64,000 bases of DNA from Microthyrium microscopicum. Lineage: Eukaryota. Each line of letters starts with the position of its first letter. The first letter of the stretch is position 1. A model generated the notes under the pieces. The model had not been told where the DNA came from. It did no database searches and saw only the letters and a program-made list of their open reading frames with translations. Both the position numbers and the translations under genes were made by a program. Location of the stretch: contig MU004241.1 of assembly GCA_010405405.1 (NCBI GenBank), forward strand, positions 855,373 to 919,372, read 5' to 3'. Shown piece by piece: positions 1 through 12,184 of this stretch.

Positions 1-963
1 TCCAGGCGGCGGCTGCTGTTGTGCCTTTAATCTAATGCTCACCCTGTTACCATTTACTGTATTTTTAGCGACCGATTTGTCTGCTTTTTATCAAGATACC
101 TCTTGCTGTTGTTGTAGTTTGGCTGGCACTTTTGTCCTCAGGGGGTTTTAGAGGAGTGTTGCTGATAACGTTCACTTGTTGTTTGTATTTATAGCATGTA
201 TTTTATGACTACTTCGAACTTTTGAGAGCAAATTCAAAATGTAGCTCCATCACTTCAGGTTTCATCCGTGTTGACTTTGGTATTACACCGACCAGCTAGG
301 AAGAATAGATGCAGGTCTACAACAACAGATATTCTGAGCCTCTTCGAAATGAAAGCGCAGTTGCTTACAACCTGGTTTAGCTTCATGTTTTACTACCTTC
401 TGCATAGAACGCTCAGTTTATTACTCGTAGGTCTCTGGGTGGTAAGTCGGACTACACCACCAGAGAATATGATACCTAAGTCCTTCAGACGTAGCATTGC
501 TGACTATTGCTTTGATTATTGAAAAACTTATTTCGACTTGTCCAAGAGCCCTTCTGTTGTTCATTCTTAAAACAATATATCTCGAGGCAGTTGCCATGCA
601 ACAACCCCTTGTCCTTCCCAAACCAGGAACCCCCGCCTATGTGCAACTTCGTTTCCAGGTCATCCGTCTCTAACCACTCAACACCAAGCTCCTCCAAGAC
701 CTTTTCTCTGACCAAAACACTGCCTCGTTCAAAGCATCGAAACACCTGATCAATCACACACTTCATAAACTACTTGCAACAAGCCCTTTGCTGATCCCAC
801 GACTCTTCAGGAGCTCAAGCCGCCTGCATTACATCCGCATATAAACACTCACAGCTCCCCCAAGCTCCCCCTTTCTCTCCCATCCCCGCACTCCTCTCAC
901 CACCAAACAAACAACAACCACACCAAACCAACTTTACCAAAATACAACCCCATCCAAACCAAA

Positions 964-1392
964 ATGGCAACCACAGCCCCACCACCCCTCTCCACCTCAC
1001 CCATCGAAACCCCCATCGACGAAACCCCCATCTCCCCCGCCCACGCCTCATCCACCCTCTCCAAAGCCCTCCCCGCCCGTCCCGACCCCCAAGACCTACG
1101 CAACCGCAACATCCTGCACGCCACCAGCGCCGCGCCCGCCCTCCAATCCGCACAAGCAGAGCTGGAACGCCAGCGGATCGCAGACAGCGTCAAGAAAGGG
1201 TTGGCGAAGAGGAGTGATCGCGAATCGTTGGTGGAAAGAAATATTCTGCCGGAGACGAGTGCGGCGCCGGCGCTGATGAAGAGTCAAAGGGAGTTGCAGA
1301 AGAATTTGAGGAGGGATAGTTTGGATCGACAGTTGCAGGGTCGGCCGGATGTGGGGAGTTTGATTGAGAAGGGGATATTGGCTGGTGAGTAG
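964..1392 (+). CDS. RPEL repeat protein
   Basis: Single-exon ORF of 142 aa with three RPEL-like repeats (RPDPQDLRNRNIL, RSDRESLVERNIL, RPDVGSLIEKGIL). Confidence 0.85.
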   Translation: MATTAPPPLSTSPIETPIDETPISPAHASSTLSKALPARPDPQDLRNRNILHATSAAPALQSAQAELERQRIADSVKKGLAKRSDRESLVERNILPETSAAPALMKSQRELQKNLRRDSLDRQLQGRPDVGSLIEKGILAGE

Positions 1393-1881
1393 TGTGATGT
1401 TTGTGAGTATGGCAAGGGTGAGGCTAATTGGGGGCAGAGGAGGAGGATCCACGGAAGGCGGATGAGTGAGTGAATGGTTGTTGTTGTTGATGGGAGGAGT
1501 GGTTAAGGGCGTTATGGATAGCTGGGACGCGGCAGAAGATTGGTTCTCGGCGATGGGATATGATTAACGGAATGATATGGTACTCAAGAATAGCTTTATA
1601 TGAAAGATGACACTGAATGAAATGAAGCTTTTTTTAATGGAATGGCGATCTATGCGTGATATCATATGTTCAGCTCATCTAAAGTATCAAACGGGGCACT
1701 CATTGGGAGCAATGTCGCGGGACTATCACAAACATTAGACCATACTAGGGGCATCAACCTTCCCTCATTGTAAAGATATCCTCCACGTATCAATTACCAT
1801 CAATGTCAAAATTTGAAGAGCAGCGAACTTCTTTTCTCAATTACCCAAACCTTGTGGCAGAAAAGGGGTATCAATATGGTA

Positions 1882-3400
1882 TTATGCCCATTTCCCAAGG
1901 ACCGCCATAAGACCTATTTCGAGATTAGTATATATTCCAAACAAGGATATGTCAATCTTACCAGCACCCAAACACATTTGTACAAAAGCAGTCAACACCA
2001 CCTTGATAGGCGCCTTCCTCATACTCGGACTAAACATAAACTCATGAGCCATAAGCTCCACCAACCCCGTATATATTAAAATCCCTGCACTCAATGAGTC
2101 GAAGATTCCATTCACAATCAGCGTTGTTTGCGAGCCTGGCGGGTACGTATTTCTGACAATGAGCCCAATTGCAATAGCTACTGGTGTCGACAATCCATAG
2201 CCTAGCGCCATTGCGTAGGGTGTCCATAGCTTATTGCGCGGCCAGGGAGCGGATGCGAGTCGTGTTCCTAACCCGAGACCTTCGAATGTTTGATGGAAGA
2301 CTAGGACAACGTATAAAGATGTGAATTCTTCACCGGCGACGGCGAGGGTTAGTCCGATGAAGATGCTGTGGAAGACGACACCGAATTCGAGGATGAATAT
2401 TGCGGCGAGTTGCGATGAATACGACTCTGCTGGGTCAGAGTGAGAGTGCGAGTGGGAATGTGCGTGTGAGTGTGTGTCGGTATCATCATGGTCCATGTGT
2501 TCGCGCCCATGGCCCAGATGGTCTTCACCGCGGATAAATGTTGGGTCGGCATCAGCACAGTCTCCTGAACCGCAGGCTTCAGCGGGAGTATTGGTCCCGG
2601 TCTTGTGAACGTCGCCTGCGATACTGATAGCGTCGTCATCATTCTCGGGAGACGCCTTGCCGCTCGTCATATTTTCTACCAGTGACGGAACTTGCTGTTT
2701 GCTTTCCTTTATGTCTGGATTGTTGTGGACGTTATCAATGTTTCCTCTGCCATTACTAATATGATGCTGATGGCTGTGATCGTGGTCGTGTCCATGCCCG
2801 TGTCCATGACCATGGCTATGCGAAGTATGTGGACGTTCGTGTCCGTCAATATGGCTTTCTTCGTCATGGTCGTGAGAATGTCCAAAGCTGGCGTATCGTA
2901 CAGTCATAAGTTCTACAAAGAAAAGAATGAAAATCATCATTAAGCATATTCCAAATGGCCATGAATAAGAGGTGATTGGTCCTGTGAGACAAGGGTTTGA
3001 AAGAGCCTCAGCGGCTGGCGCGAGTAGCTAGAAATGTCAGTGATTTGATACTGGCGTGTAGTTTTGTGATCATACATGTATAAATGCAGTGGCGATAATG
3101 ACTCCAGAACCAAAATATTTAGCGAAAAAGAACCCATATTCCATATACTTGTTCTTGGTGATATGTCTTTTGGCATAAACTGGGAAAACAGCACCTGTAT
3201 AAAAAGTCAATCGTTAATGTTATTGAAGTGATTGGCTGGCACATACCAACTAGAGACCCAACCAGGATGACAAAAATGGAAGATATCCTTGCGCCAATAT
3301 GGCCATTGAAGGCATTTCCAGTGTCGCAATGTCCGGGAGATGGAATAGCGTCGGCACCACTGTCACGAAGGACGAGGTGGGCTATACTATTTACGTCCAT
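1882..3400 (-). CDS. ZIP-family (Zrt2-like) zinc/iron permease, 4 exons
   Basis: ATG at 3400. Introns ~3246-3195, 3075-3028 and 1961-1914. Motifs FILEFGVVFHSIFIG, HQTFEGLGLG and C-terminal LMAVLGKWA; long His-rich loop. Confidence 0.92.
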
Positions 3401-6303
3401 GGCCAATTGAGGTGATTCAAGTCTAAATTAGAAAAGTAGTCGGCCAAGTACAAGTGCACAGTGCAACAAGCCGGACACCAAGGAGATGGAGAGGCTCGTG
3501 AGTGGTTGGTTGGTGGGGGTAAAAGGGAGCTCAGGGCAGTAAGCTGCCAAGGCTTGATAGAGGCTGGTATTTATCTGGATAGATCGGTTAATGAGAATTG
3601 GGGAGAAAGAGGAGTGGTGAGATTGTACAGCCTGATGTTAGGAAAGTCTTGGAAGGGTGCCGAGGGTGGCTGTTAATTGTTTGTTTCAATTGGACTGAGA
3701 AGCTGCAGTGCGAAAAGCTCCAGGAGAAAGAAGCCGGGGTAGGTCTGTAGAGCAGGTGGAGTAGACTGCAATTACTGTCAACTTATTGGTGGAATATCCA
3801 ATCGATCCAGTAGTTTCCTAGATGCAGTAGCTGAAGAGGCGAACAGCGAGATAATCGAGAAGAAAGAAAGCGCTACCGGCTGTTTGTCAAAGGGAAGCTG
3901 GGGCTTTATGAATGATGCGGCAGTTACGGACCCAGCAATGAAAGTGCCTCAAAATCAGATGGTATGGAAGGCAGACCAACGGAGTTGATAGTTACAAAGC
4001 ATAGAATCCTTGAGATGGTCACGATCAGCAAAGTCAAGTCAATGTGGTCAGATACATGCATCAGACGGAGTCACGGAGAGCCAGAGACGTATCCGATGAG
4101 ATCTCCTGGCAGATTCTAGACAGTACCGATAGAAGGTGCCCGTTTGAGCAGGCTGGCCACAGGTTGGAATCAAGGCTTGAGCTGATGCACAAACCAACCT
4201 GAACAGCACAGGCTGTAGATAATTAAAGGCGATCCGTAGAGCAAAAATTGATGGACCAAAGGCAAAGATATTCATGTTCCAGGATGTGCTTTCGCTGCGC
4301 GCAGGGCCTTGTCGCCATTCGTGTTTGTAGATGCCAAGCCTCTCTGACAGCGCATGTTTGGACCCTTTTTCTTCGTTTTGAACCAGGTACTTGCACAGCA
4401 ACCAGGCAAATGGTCCGCCGGTGTGGAATGCAGGTCGTAGAGGATACAGAAGGGTGATGTTGTACCTTTGTACGTTGCTTGGCTGCCAAAAATGGACGAG
4501 GAAGGAAAAAACTAGGATCGTCTAGAGGCCCTTGCGCAAGATTGCCTCCAAAACACCAAGAGGCCTCCTGCACAGCAAGCTTATCTCTCATGTTCCATTC
4601 TTGGATCTTTGTTCTCTACTTTATCTCAAGAATATCAGATCAGAGAATGTCTATGCTTTGCGGATTTCTGGATCACTTTGTCATACCGATCACTTTCATT
4701 CCATGCTTCTAGAACTTGTCAAATTTATTTCCGCTATCTCTCATGAAGCTCTGAAACTCTTTGATAAGAGACTGACACATTACTCACAGGCGACTCCCAT
4801 TTCACTCTCTGGCGACTGCAGTCTGTAGTATTCAACACATATCTCAGACAGTATTGCGCCCCGTCCAGTTGACTTGCTTGCAGCTATCAATGTGTATGGC
4901 AAAGCGCCAGCATTTGCGACTTTCCTTGCGACCAAATGCCAAGGCTGCGTTTCAACAACAATTGAGCCGCATACTCATGCCCAGACCCAAATGTCTCTAT
5001 TAATGTCGAATGAGCTTCCGGTTTTGGAGGCCGCCTCTTATCGATCCTATCAGATTCTGCATCGCCCAGGCCAGCAATATGCCTCATTTGGTGCAGGTAT
5101 TCGCTGCGTCAGAGCTGTACCTTGGAAATGCGTCCTTCTACCGAGATATAGTTTGTCCAGCCGACATTAAATTCAATCAACAGAAAAACCAGAGGCCGCA
5201 CATGCTACTAACAAAGATTTTATCCTGGCGGCTACGTGTGGGCCGTGGTAACGCTTGCCAGGGAGGTACATTTTGTACGTAAGACAAACATTGTCTTTCA
5301 ATGTCGAAAATAGATGTATCCCCGACATATGAATTACAGCAAAAGCGTTCTCACGATGGGATTAGAGTCTGTCCAAGATTATATAAAGTCTAACAGACAA
5401 CTCATTATTGTCGAGTGATTGGAGTGGTGGAAAGAAGAGGACAAAACGGATTTATCATCGTCATGGTTTATGCTCCACCACATAACGCATTGACATGGCC
5501 CAGAGCTAACCCCCAATCACAAGAGCTTGGATAATTAGGACCTCATGACCTGTGGATTTGCTGATTTTGCAGTGGAGCCCTGGAAACTGTGCCGTTAACA
5601 GACAATACTGGCGAAGTTGGCAGAGATTTCTTGCGTTTATGGACGCCATGAAGCCGCAATCTATCGTCAACCTCGTGGGATCTCGATCTGTCCAGGGAAA
5701 AGCTTGCAGGAGGCGAATGTCACAAAAGCCCGGTTCCACGTTTATTCTGAGCAATAACCATTGGGCAGGAGATGTCCTTGGAGGTTATACCAGCGCGGTC
5801 TTACTGATCAAGCTCAAACAAAGGAATGGGCAACTGGTTGGTGTTTGAAGGTCGGTCAGAATCAATCAATCAAATGGCATGGACATAAACACAGGCAAGT
5901 CTCATGGTAAAGTGGAATGGGGAAGCTACCCCGCAACGGTTTGCAGCGGCAACTGCCTATTATTACTGGGTCAAGGTGGCAGGAGCCTACGACTTTGTAG
6001 GGAAAGAGCAAGGAAGAGCCAATTGGGCCGTGCCTGCCTCAAAATTCTCACCAATCCCAGGTTGTGACGCAATAATGATGCACAAGGCTGGGCCTTTGGT
6101 CGGTGATTCCTTCCCAGAAAAGCTTCATAGTGCCACTCCTAGGCTACCGCCAAAACATCATACAAACGTCGGAGCCCGCCTCTTTTCCTGCTGACTGACT
6201 TTTCAACCCTTCAGCTTCACCATCTTCCTCTCATAGTCTCTTCTTCATCTCAATCTCTGTAATACTTCCTCATTGTTCAATACTCCACCAGAAGCTCGCC
6301 ATC

Positions 6304-7324
6304 ATGATGTTTGAAGACCCCGTTGACTTCATTATGAGGCCTACTCGCACCGCTATCCCCTCATACACCCCAAACCCCACTTCGTTCCCAACTGTAATTC
6401 CAGATCCTCCAATCTTTGAACACATTGGAAAGGCTGGAACTCGTGCATCATGGTATGTTGATTCATCATCTCTCATCGGATTTATCTAACTGTCTACAGG
6501 GTCGTCTTCGTGCTCATGGTCATTGCTGCCATTGCCTTTACTGTCTTGGCACGAACAGTCCCAGCGGTATGTAATCCGTTTCGAGGGACCAAACTAAAGC
6601 TAACTTAAAGTTCTAGTCTAAACGTGTCTACCACTCCCTTACCACGTTGATTGTGGTCATTTCTGCTTTGACCTATTTTGCTCAAGCTACCGGACAAGGC
6701 CATGCCTCCCACCACAAGAGACTTACCGAGCACCACGGTGACAAGCTCCCAGATACCCATCGTCACTTGGTCCGCCAAGTCTACTATACCCGCTTCATTG
6801 ATTGGGCATTGACTACTCCATTGTTGCTCATCAATCTCTCCTTGTTGGCTGGACTTCCCGGATCCACCATTTTCTCAGCACTCTCTGCAAACGTCATCTT
6901 TGTGCTCAGCGGTCTCTTTGCTGCATTTAGCCACCGAAAGATTCAAGTCTGGGGCTGGTTCACTATCTCCATTCTTGCCTTCCTCTGGATCGCCTACACT
7001 CTAATCGTACCTGGCCGAACCGCCGCTAAGGCCAAGGGTGCCAACGTTTCCCGCTTCTACAACTTGGTTGGTCTCGCTGCCATTGTTGTCGGTGCTGTTT
7101 ATCCCATCATCTGGGGTATCGTTGATGGATCTCGTATTCTCAGCGTCAATGGCGAAATCATTGCCTATGCTGTGCTTGATGTTCTCTCCAAGGGCGTCTT
7201 CGGTGGCTTGTTGCTTACGACCTACAAGCGCGTTCCTGAGATTGGCGCCGAACTCAACGGTTTCTGGGCCAGCGGTACCAACGCCGAGGGTCGCATCCGG
7301 ATTGGAGATGATGACGGTGCATAG
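6304..7324 (+). CDS. Microbial (type I) rhodopsin, NOP-1-like opsin, 3 exons
   Basis: Introns 6453-6499 and 6567-6616. Helix C reads RFIDWALTTPLLL, helix F YPIIWG, and helix G LDVLSKG with the Schiff-base Lys. Confidence 0.9.
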
Positions 7325-7694
7325 GATTCAGACGAACTACGTGCTCCACCATAGCTGGCGAGTTGATTGAGGAGTAATGGGGGCAAAAGTAAAAGTGTGG
7401 ACGATCGAAGACAAATTGAGTTATCCAGTCGTTGTCGAAAGTACTTGATCTCCAATGGTTTGATGCATGGCATTGCATGATATTTATGATCATTACATAT
7501 ACGAAAATGGTTTTGGCGTAGGCGTCTCGTCAGTTGATACTTTCCTTAGCAGTAAAATTGCATATTGTTTCTTGTCGATAATCTTGCTTAATTGATTTGC
7601 TTTTAAAGTGCATCATGCTGGATTGTCAAGTAGTACACTGTGACTCTATTCTAGAACCCATCAAGGATATTACCTTTAGTTGCAAAAACTTCGT

Positions 7695-8231
7695 TCACGC
7701 CTCCCCTTCTGGCCGCCGTATCCGCATGAAATCCCCAGTTGTATACAACAAACTCGGTGTAATCTTTGCAATCTTCCATAATCCTTCCACCTTGACATAT
7801 TGATGCTCCATATAGCTCCTCCCATCACTTGTCTCTACAATCTCTTCCTCCCCTTCCTTTGCCTCCTCTCCCTCTTTCCGTGGCTCTCTTCGTCGCCCAT
7901 GGCTAGCCAATTGCTGCCACTGCACCACAATCTCCTCCTCAGTCACCTTCTTAAAATACGGCGTCGCTAATAAATGTTGTGTCGCTAAGGGTGTTAATCC
8001 TAAATGTTCGGCTGATAGCCACAGGTCTGCGAATTCGTTCGCGCTGTATGTTTTTAAGCCCCAGGCGGCTACTATTTGCGTGTAGTCTATGGAGACGGTT
8101 GGTGCGAGGGAGGCGAGCAGGCGCGCGTGGTCTTTGAGATCGTAGCCGTCGGCCCAGGTTCGGGCGGTTTGGAGGATGGCGATGTAGGTGGGGAATGTTA
8201 GGGTGGTGGGGATGTAGATTTCGAATGGCAT
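7695..8231 (-). CDS. Scytalone dehydratase-like (NTF2/SnoaL fold) protein
   Basis: ATG at 8231, 178 aa. Motifs WADGYDLKD, IDYT, TQHLL, ASH and YVKVEGLWKIAKITP resemble the scytalone dehydratase family. Confidence 0.8.
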   Translation of the reverse strand: MPFEIYIPTTLTFPTYIAILQTARTWADGYDLKDHARLLASLAPTVSIDYTQIVAAWGLKTYSANEFADLWLSAEHLGLTPLATQHLLATPYFKKVTEEEIVVQWQQLASHGRRREPRKEGEEAKEGEEEIVETSDGRSYMEHQYVKVEGLWKIAKITPSLLYTTGDFMRIRRPEGEA

Positions 8232-8503
8232 TGTGGTGGTTATGGGGTTTGATTGTATGGGAGGTGGGAGGAGTGGGGAGTTGATATGGAATTGATATGG
8301 AGTTTCACGATTTGGTACTGGAAAGAAAGCAAGTAAGTTGTGGGTGGTATCACGACTTGGTTTACAAGTCACTGCTAAGCTAGGTATGAGGCGCGTGTAA
8401 GTCCTAGCTACTAGCTTAATTTTCTCTAGACCAAAATCGCATGAGAGCTCTCAAGTGACTATCTTAGACTTATGCAATATAATCCGGGGTACTTCTTCTA
8501 GTG

Positions 8504-8526
8504 TGTGGAGAACTCGGATCATCCGA
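8504..8526. promoter_or_regulatory. CGG-N5-CCG palindrome (candidate Zn2Cys6 site) in the divergent promoter
   Basis: TGTGGAGAACTCGGATCATCCGA; a near copy lies at 12185-12209. Confidence 0.5.
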
Positions 8527-8688
8527 CAACACCATGGGATAGTCCGCTATACGGAATTGGAACCAGAATCGGAATATGGGCCGACATTCCCGGGATCAAA
8601 GCAAGAGCCGCATTTGCAAAATAACCTACAGTGCCATCCTGGGTATCGAAACTCATATTCAATTATATCGAAGAGGTCACTCACAATA

Positions 8689-9630
8689 ATGAACTCCCCA
8701 TTCACCCTCCGAACAGATGTATACGACACCATCAGTCACACCAACTTAAAACAATCCCTCACCGGCAAAAATGCACTCATCACCGGCTCTGGCCGTGGTA
8801 TCGGCCGCTACATGGCACTCGCTCTCGTCGAAGCAGGCGCCAACGTTGCCGTGACAGGCCGCACCGCCAGCCAAGTCAATTCCACAGTGCAGACACTCGA
8901 AGGTCTAGCCGCCACCGTCAAAGAACTCCAAGGCCTAGAGAATGCCTCCAAAATCATCGGCATTACCGCCGACGTTCTCGTCCTAGCAGATCAAGAGCGC
9001 CTGGTCGACCAGGTCCACAAGCAATTGGGCGCTATTGACATCCTCATCTGCAATGCAGGCAGCAATATCTTCCAGCCCTTCCACCTCACTGACGCAACAA
9101 GCTGGTGGGACGTAATGGAACTCAACGTCCGCGCCCCCGTCGAACTAACCCGCCTCGTCCTTCCTGACTTCCGCGAACGGAACAGCGGAACTATAATCTT
9201 CACCTCTTCGCGCGCGGCGACTGCAGATTTACCATGGACGACATCGTACAACTGTGCCAAGACAGCCATCACGCGCTTCGCAGGCACGTTACAAGCAGAA
9301 TTAGAACAAGTGCAAAAGATTGAAGGCAAGGGCGCGAATGGGGTGCAGGTATTTAGTATCCACCCGGGCGAGATTGAGACGGAGCTGCATCAGACGGCTT
9401 TTCCGGAGAAGACGAAGAAGGAGGCGCCGTATGTGGTGGAGTTTATGGATATGATTGGCAAGAAGAGGCCGCATTTTGAGGGGCGGTTGCCGGCTTGGAC
9501 TTGTGTGTGGCTTTGTTCGGGTCGGGGGGAACGGTTGAAGGGGAGGTATGTGGATTGTACGAGGGATGTGGTTGAGCAGGCGGAGGCGGCGGAGAAGGAG
9601 AGGGCGGGTGCGGTGACGATGGGGAAATAG
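8689..9630 (+). CDS. Short-chain dehydrogenase/reductase (SDR)
   Basis: ATG at 8689. TGSGRGIG cofactor motif, CNAG, catalytic Ser and YNCAK. Confidence 0.92.
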   Translation: MNSPFTLRTDVYDTISHTNLKQSLTGKNALITGSGRGIGRYMALALVEAGANVAVTGRTASQVNSTVQTLEGLAATVKELQGLENASKIIGITADVLVLADQERLVDQVHKQLGAIDILICNAGSNIFQPFHLTDATSWWDVMELNVRAPVELTRLVLPDFRERNSGTIIFTSSRAATADLPWTTSYNCAKTAITRFAGTLQAELEQVQKIEGKGANGVQVFSIHPGEIETELHQTAFPEKTKKEAPYVVEFMDMIGKKRPHFEGRLPAWTCVWLCSGRGERLKGRYVDCTRDVVEQAEAAEKERAGAVTMGK

Positions 9631-9853
9631 AATGGAGAGCGTAGAATTATAACGAATTTGGAGAGGATTTCAATGGGAAATGGTGGATCAATGAATGTGT
9701 GATAAGTACCAATATAAACTAAGTACTTGTAGCATTAACGATAACATGTCCAGAGTAATCATCTGAAATAGAGATGCATATGTAAGATAGGCCGTCAGTT
9801 TCGACCAGATAGCTGTTGCTATGCTAGACCATGATATAAGAACTCATTGGAAG

Positions 9854-11719
9854 CTAGGTTGTATGTGTTGTGTGGTCCTGGCCTGGAACCATGGTCATTT
9901 GCTTCTTTCTCTCAGTCGACTCTTCCAAGGCGGATTCGATGTGGTTGTTCATTTTCGAATGAACTGGCTCCAGAGCACAAGCCAAGATAGCATTTGCTGC
10001 TATGAAAACGGAGATGGCAATCCACACATACTTGTAAGAGTAGACCTGAGCATTGGTTTGGGCGAGTTGCAACTGTGGTATCAAGTTCTTTGGCAGATTT
10101 GGCACCATGCCCAGCGCTGTTGGCTGAGTGCTCTTAAGAGCTTTTATCACTGCTTGAGTCAGATTGGCTTGTCCGGCGGGTCCGAGTACTGAGAGTACAT
10201 TTCGTGGTAGTTCTGTGGCCATTTTGTTGTTGAGGATGGCAGTGAACGTGGTAATGCCGATAATGCCTCCAAGAGCGCGACACGCTACACTGAGAGTTCC
10301 TGCGGCTCCGAGGAGGAAAGATGGGACAGATAGGACCAAAGCCACGACGGGAATTGTTGTTGTTACTGCAGTTCCAATTCCAAGAAGCGAGGAGAAAGTG
10401 TATGCCCATGAGAGGCGGTTCTGATTTTGTAGAGCCATGAGTCCTGATTAAGTTAGCTATCAAGTCACAGTGATCATACACGCCCTCTAGAGATTGACGT
10501 ACCCGACCAAAGGCTGCACCAAAACAACGCTCCAACCAATAGAGTACGATAGCTCTTTGTTCGTGCCATAATGGCACCGGCTGGGAAGCATCCAAATGCA
10601 CTAGTTGCCAAGTAAGGAGTCAAGACCGTCGCAATCTTGACCGCATCGTGTGTATAAAGCGCCGCCACTTGTTGCGAAAACATGACATTGACGCCGAGTA
10701 GAAGCATGCCGTCAATAACACAAACGATCAGCAGGATGGGAAAGTTGCGAGTGATGAACATTCGATGATCAAGAATGCCTTCTTTATAGCCTAATCGTTC
10801 GTAAAATCCAAAAGCAACCAGTCCAATAGCGCCGATGGTCAATGGTGCCACAACACGTCCAGCACTCCAAGGATAGGTTTGTCCTCCCCAAGTCAGGGCT
10901 ATGATGAGAGAAGCAATGGATCCAGAGAAGAGCACAATTCCAACATAATCAATCTTTCCTGCGATTTCTTTTAGGGCGGCCATTTGCCGTCTCAGTGTTG
11001 TTGGCGGAGGATGATAGAACGCAAAGACAAGTATGGCGCTGGCTCCGTAATGGAAAGCATTCAAGTAGTAGGCCCATCTGAACGAGTGATATTTAACAAA
11101 AGCTCCGGCAGCCAATGTTCCTGTTACCACAACAATACTGGCGAAGAATTGCGAAAATCCCATGGTCCATGGTCGGAGTCGGTTAGGCGTCACTTCTTGG
11201 GCTGCTGGAATCCCCATGATACATCCCGCGTTCCCAAGGCCAATAAAGCAATTGCCGATGATTATTGTGGTGGTCTTATGTGCAGATCCTGAAATTACCG
11301 CGCCCATCATACCCATTATAGAACCTAAAACAAGGAACCATTTTTTCCCTAAACGGTCACTCAAGAATCCAAAGACCGGTGCAATCGCAAGTGTGACGAC
11401 GAAGTTTGAGTTGGCAAGCCATGGAGCCAGTTCGGGCTCTCCTAGAGCTGCTACTTGGAATTTTATAGTGGTGTTAACCTACGGGAAACTTGTGATTAAT
11501 GACTTGGACTTGAGGAAGAAAGACTCCACATACAGTGTTAGAAAGTGCGGCACAATTGTTGGCCCAACTTAATGCGATTACGGCGAGGATAGTCGTCAAC
11601 TTGACCTGATATAGATTCTCTGGCTCAGGTTCGACAAGAGCCCCATCTACGGGCTCTATAGGGTAGGATGATTGCTTCGTGACATCCATTTTCTCTCTGA
11701 CATCTTTGTCCATCGACAT
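9854..11719 (-). CDS. MFS transporter, TRI12/fungal trichothecene-efflux-like (DHA2-type), 3 exons
   Basis: Introns 11533-11479 and 10502-10444. MFS motif A variant GFLSDRLGKK, LTWGGQTYPWS and many hydrophobic segments. Confidence 0.85.
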
Positions 11720-12184
11720 GGTAGTGGTCGACTATATATCCAACAGATATAGTGGTCTAACTTTTGATAATGGAATTTAGCTAAGGACTAGCCATGCGTT
11801 TGTAAGAGGGTATCGAGCCCGGTGTTTTGAAGCGGCGCGATTTTGCGACTACGATGCGGAGTCGAGGAAATGATGGAGAAAGAAATCACTGACCTATGAG
11901 GACGACAGCACCAAAGATCAATGTTAAATTTTCACCAGGTAAAGACAAGGGTAGAAGCCTTCATATAGTAATCGATAGAGATTTTTGTCGATCGGACGAA
12001 GTTATATTGTATAAGGAACCTGGGCGCTGTACTGCGTACAACCTACCTGTACAGCTAGCTTAAAGATTCAAAGCTCTCAGAACATCCAGCTGCATCAGCA
12101 GCTATATAATGTACCGCAAATGGTTCCCGTGAACACACTGACCTCGACTCGTGCGTTCGCGATCAATGGCAGGGGGCATTTCCA

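Noticed and set aside
1..766. Possible minus-strand gene running off the left edge (intron-like GTATCT...TACAG near 56-99) and a 93-aa ORF
   Set aside because: No convincing start codon or domain could be established.
3420..6250. Short ORFs and candidate zinc-responsive (CAAGGT-like) sites between the ZIP and opsin genes
   Set aside because: No recognisable protein, and no exact ZafA/Zap1-type site near the ZIP start.
8455..8688. N-terminal extensions of the SDR and dehydratase ORFs in the supplied track
   Set aside because: They start at non-ATG codons inside the divergent promoter; the ATGs at 8689 and 8231 fit better.
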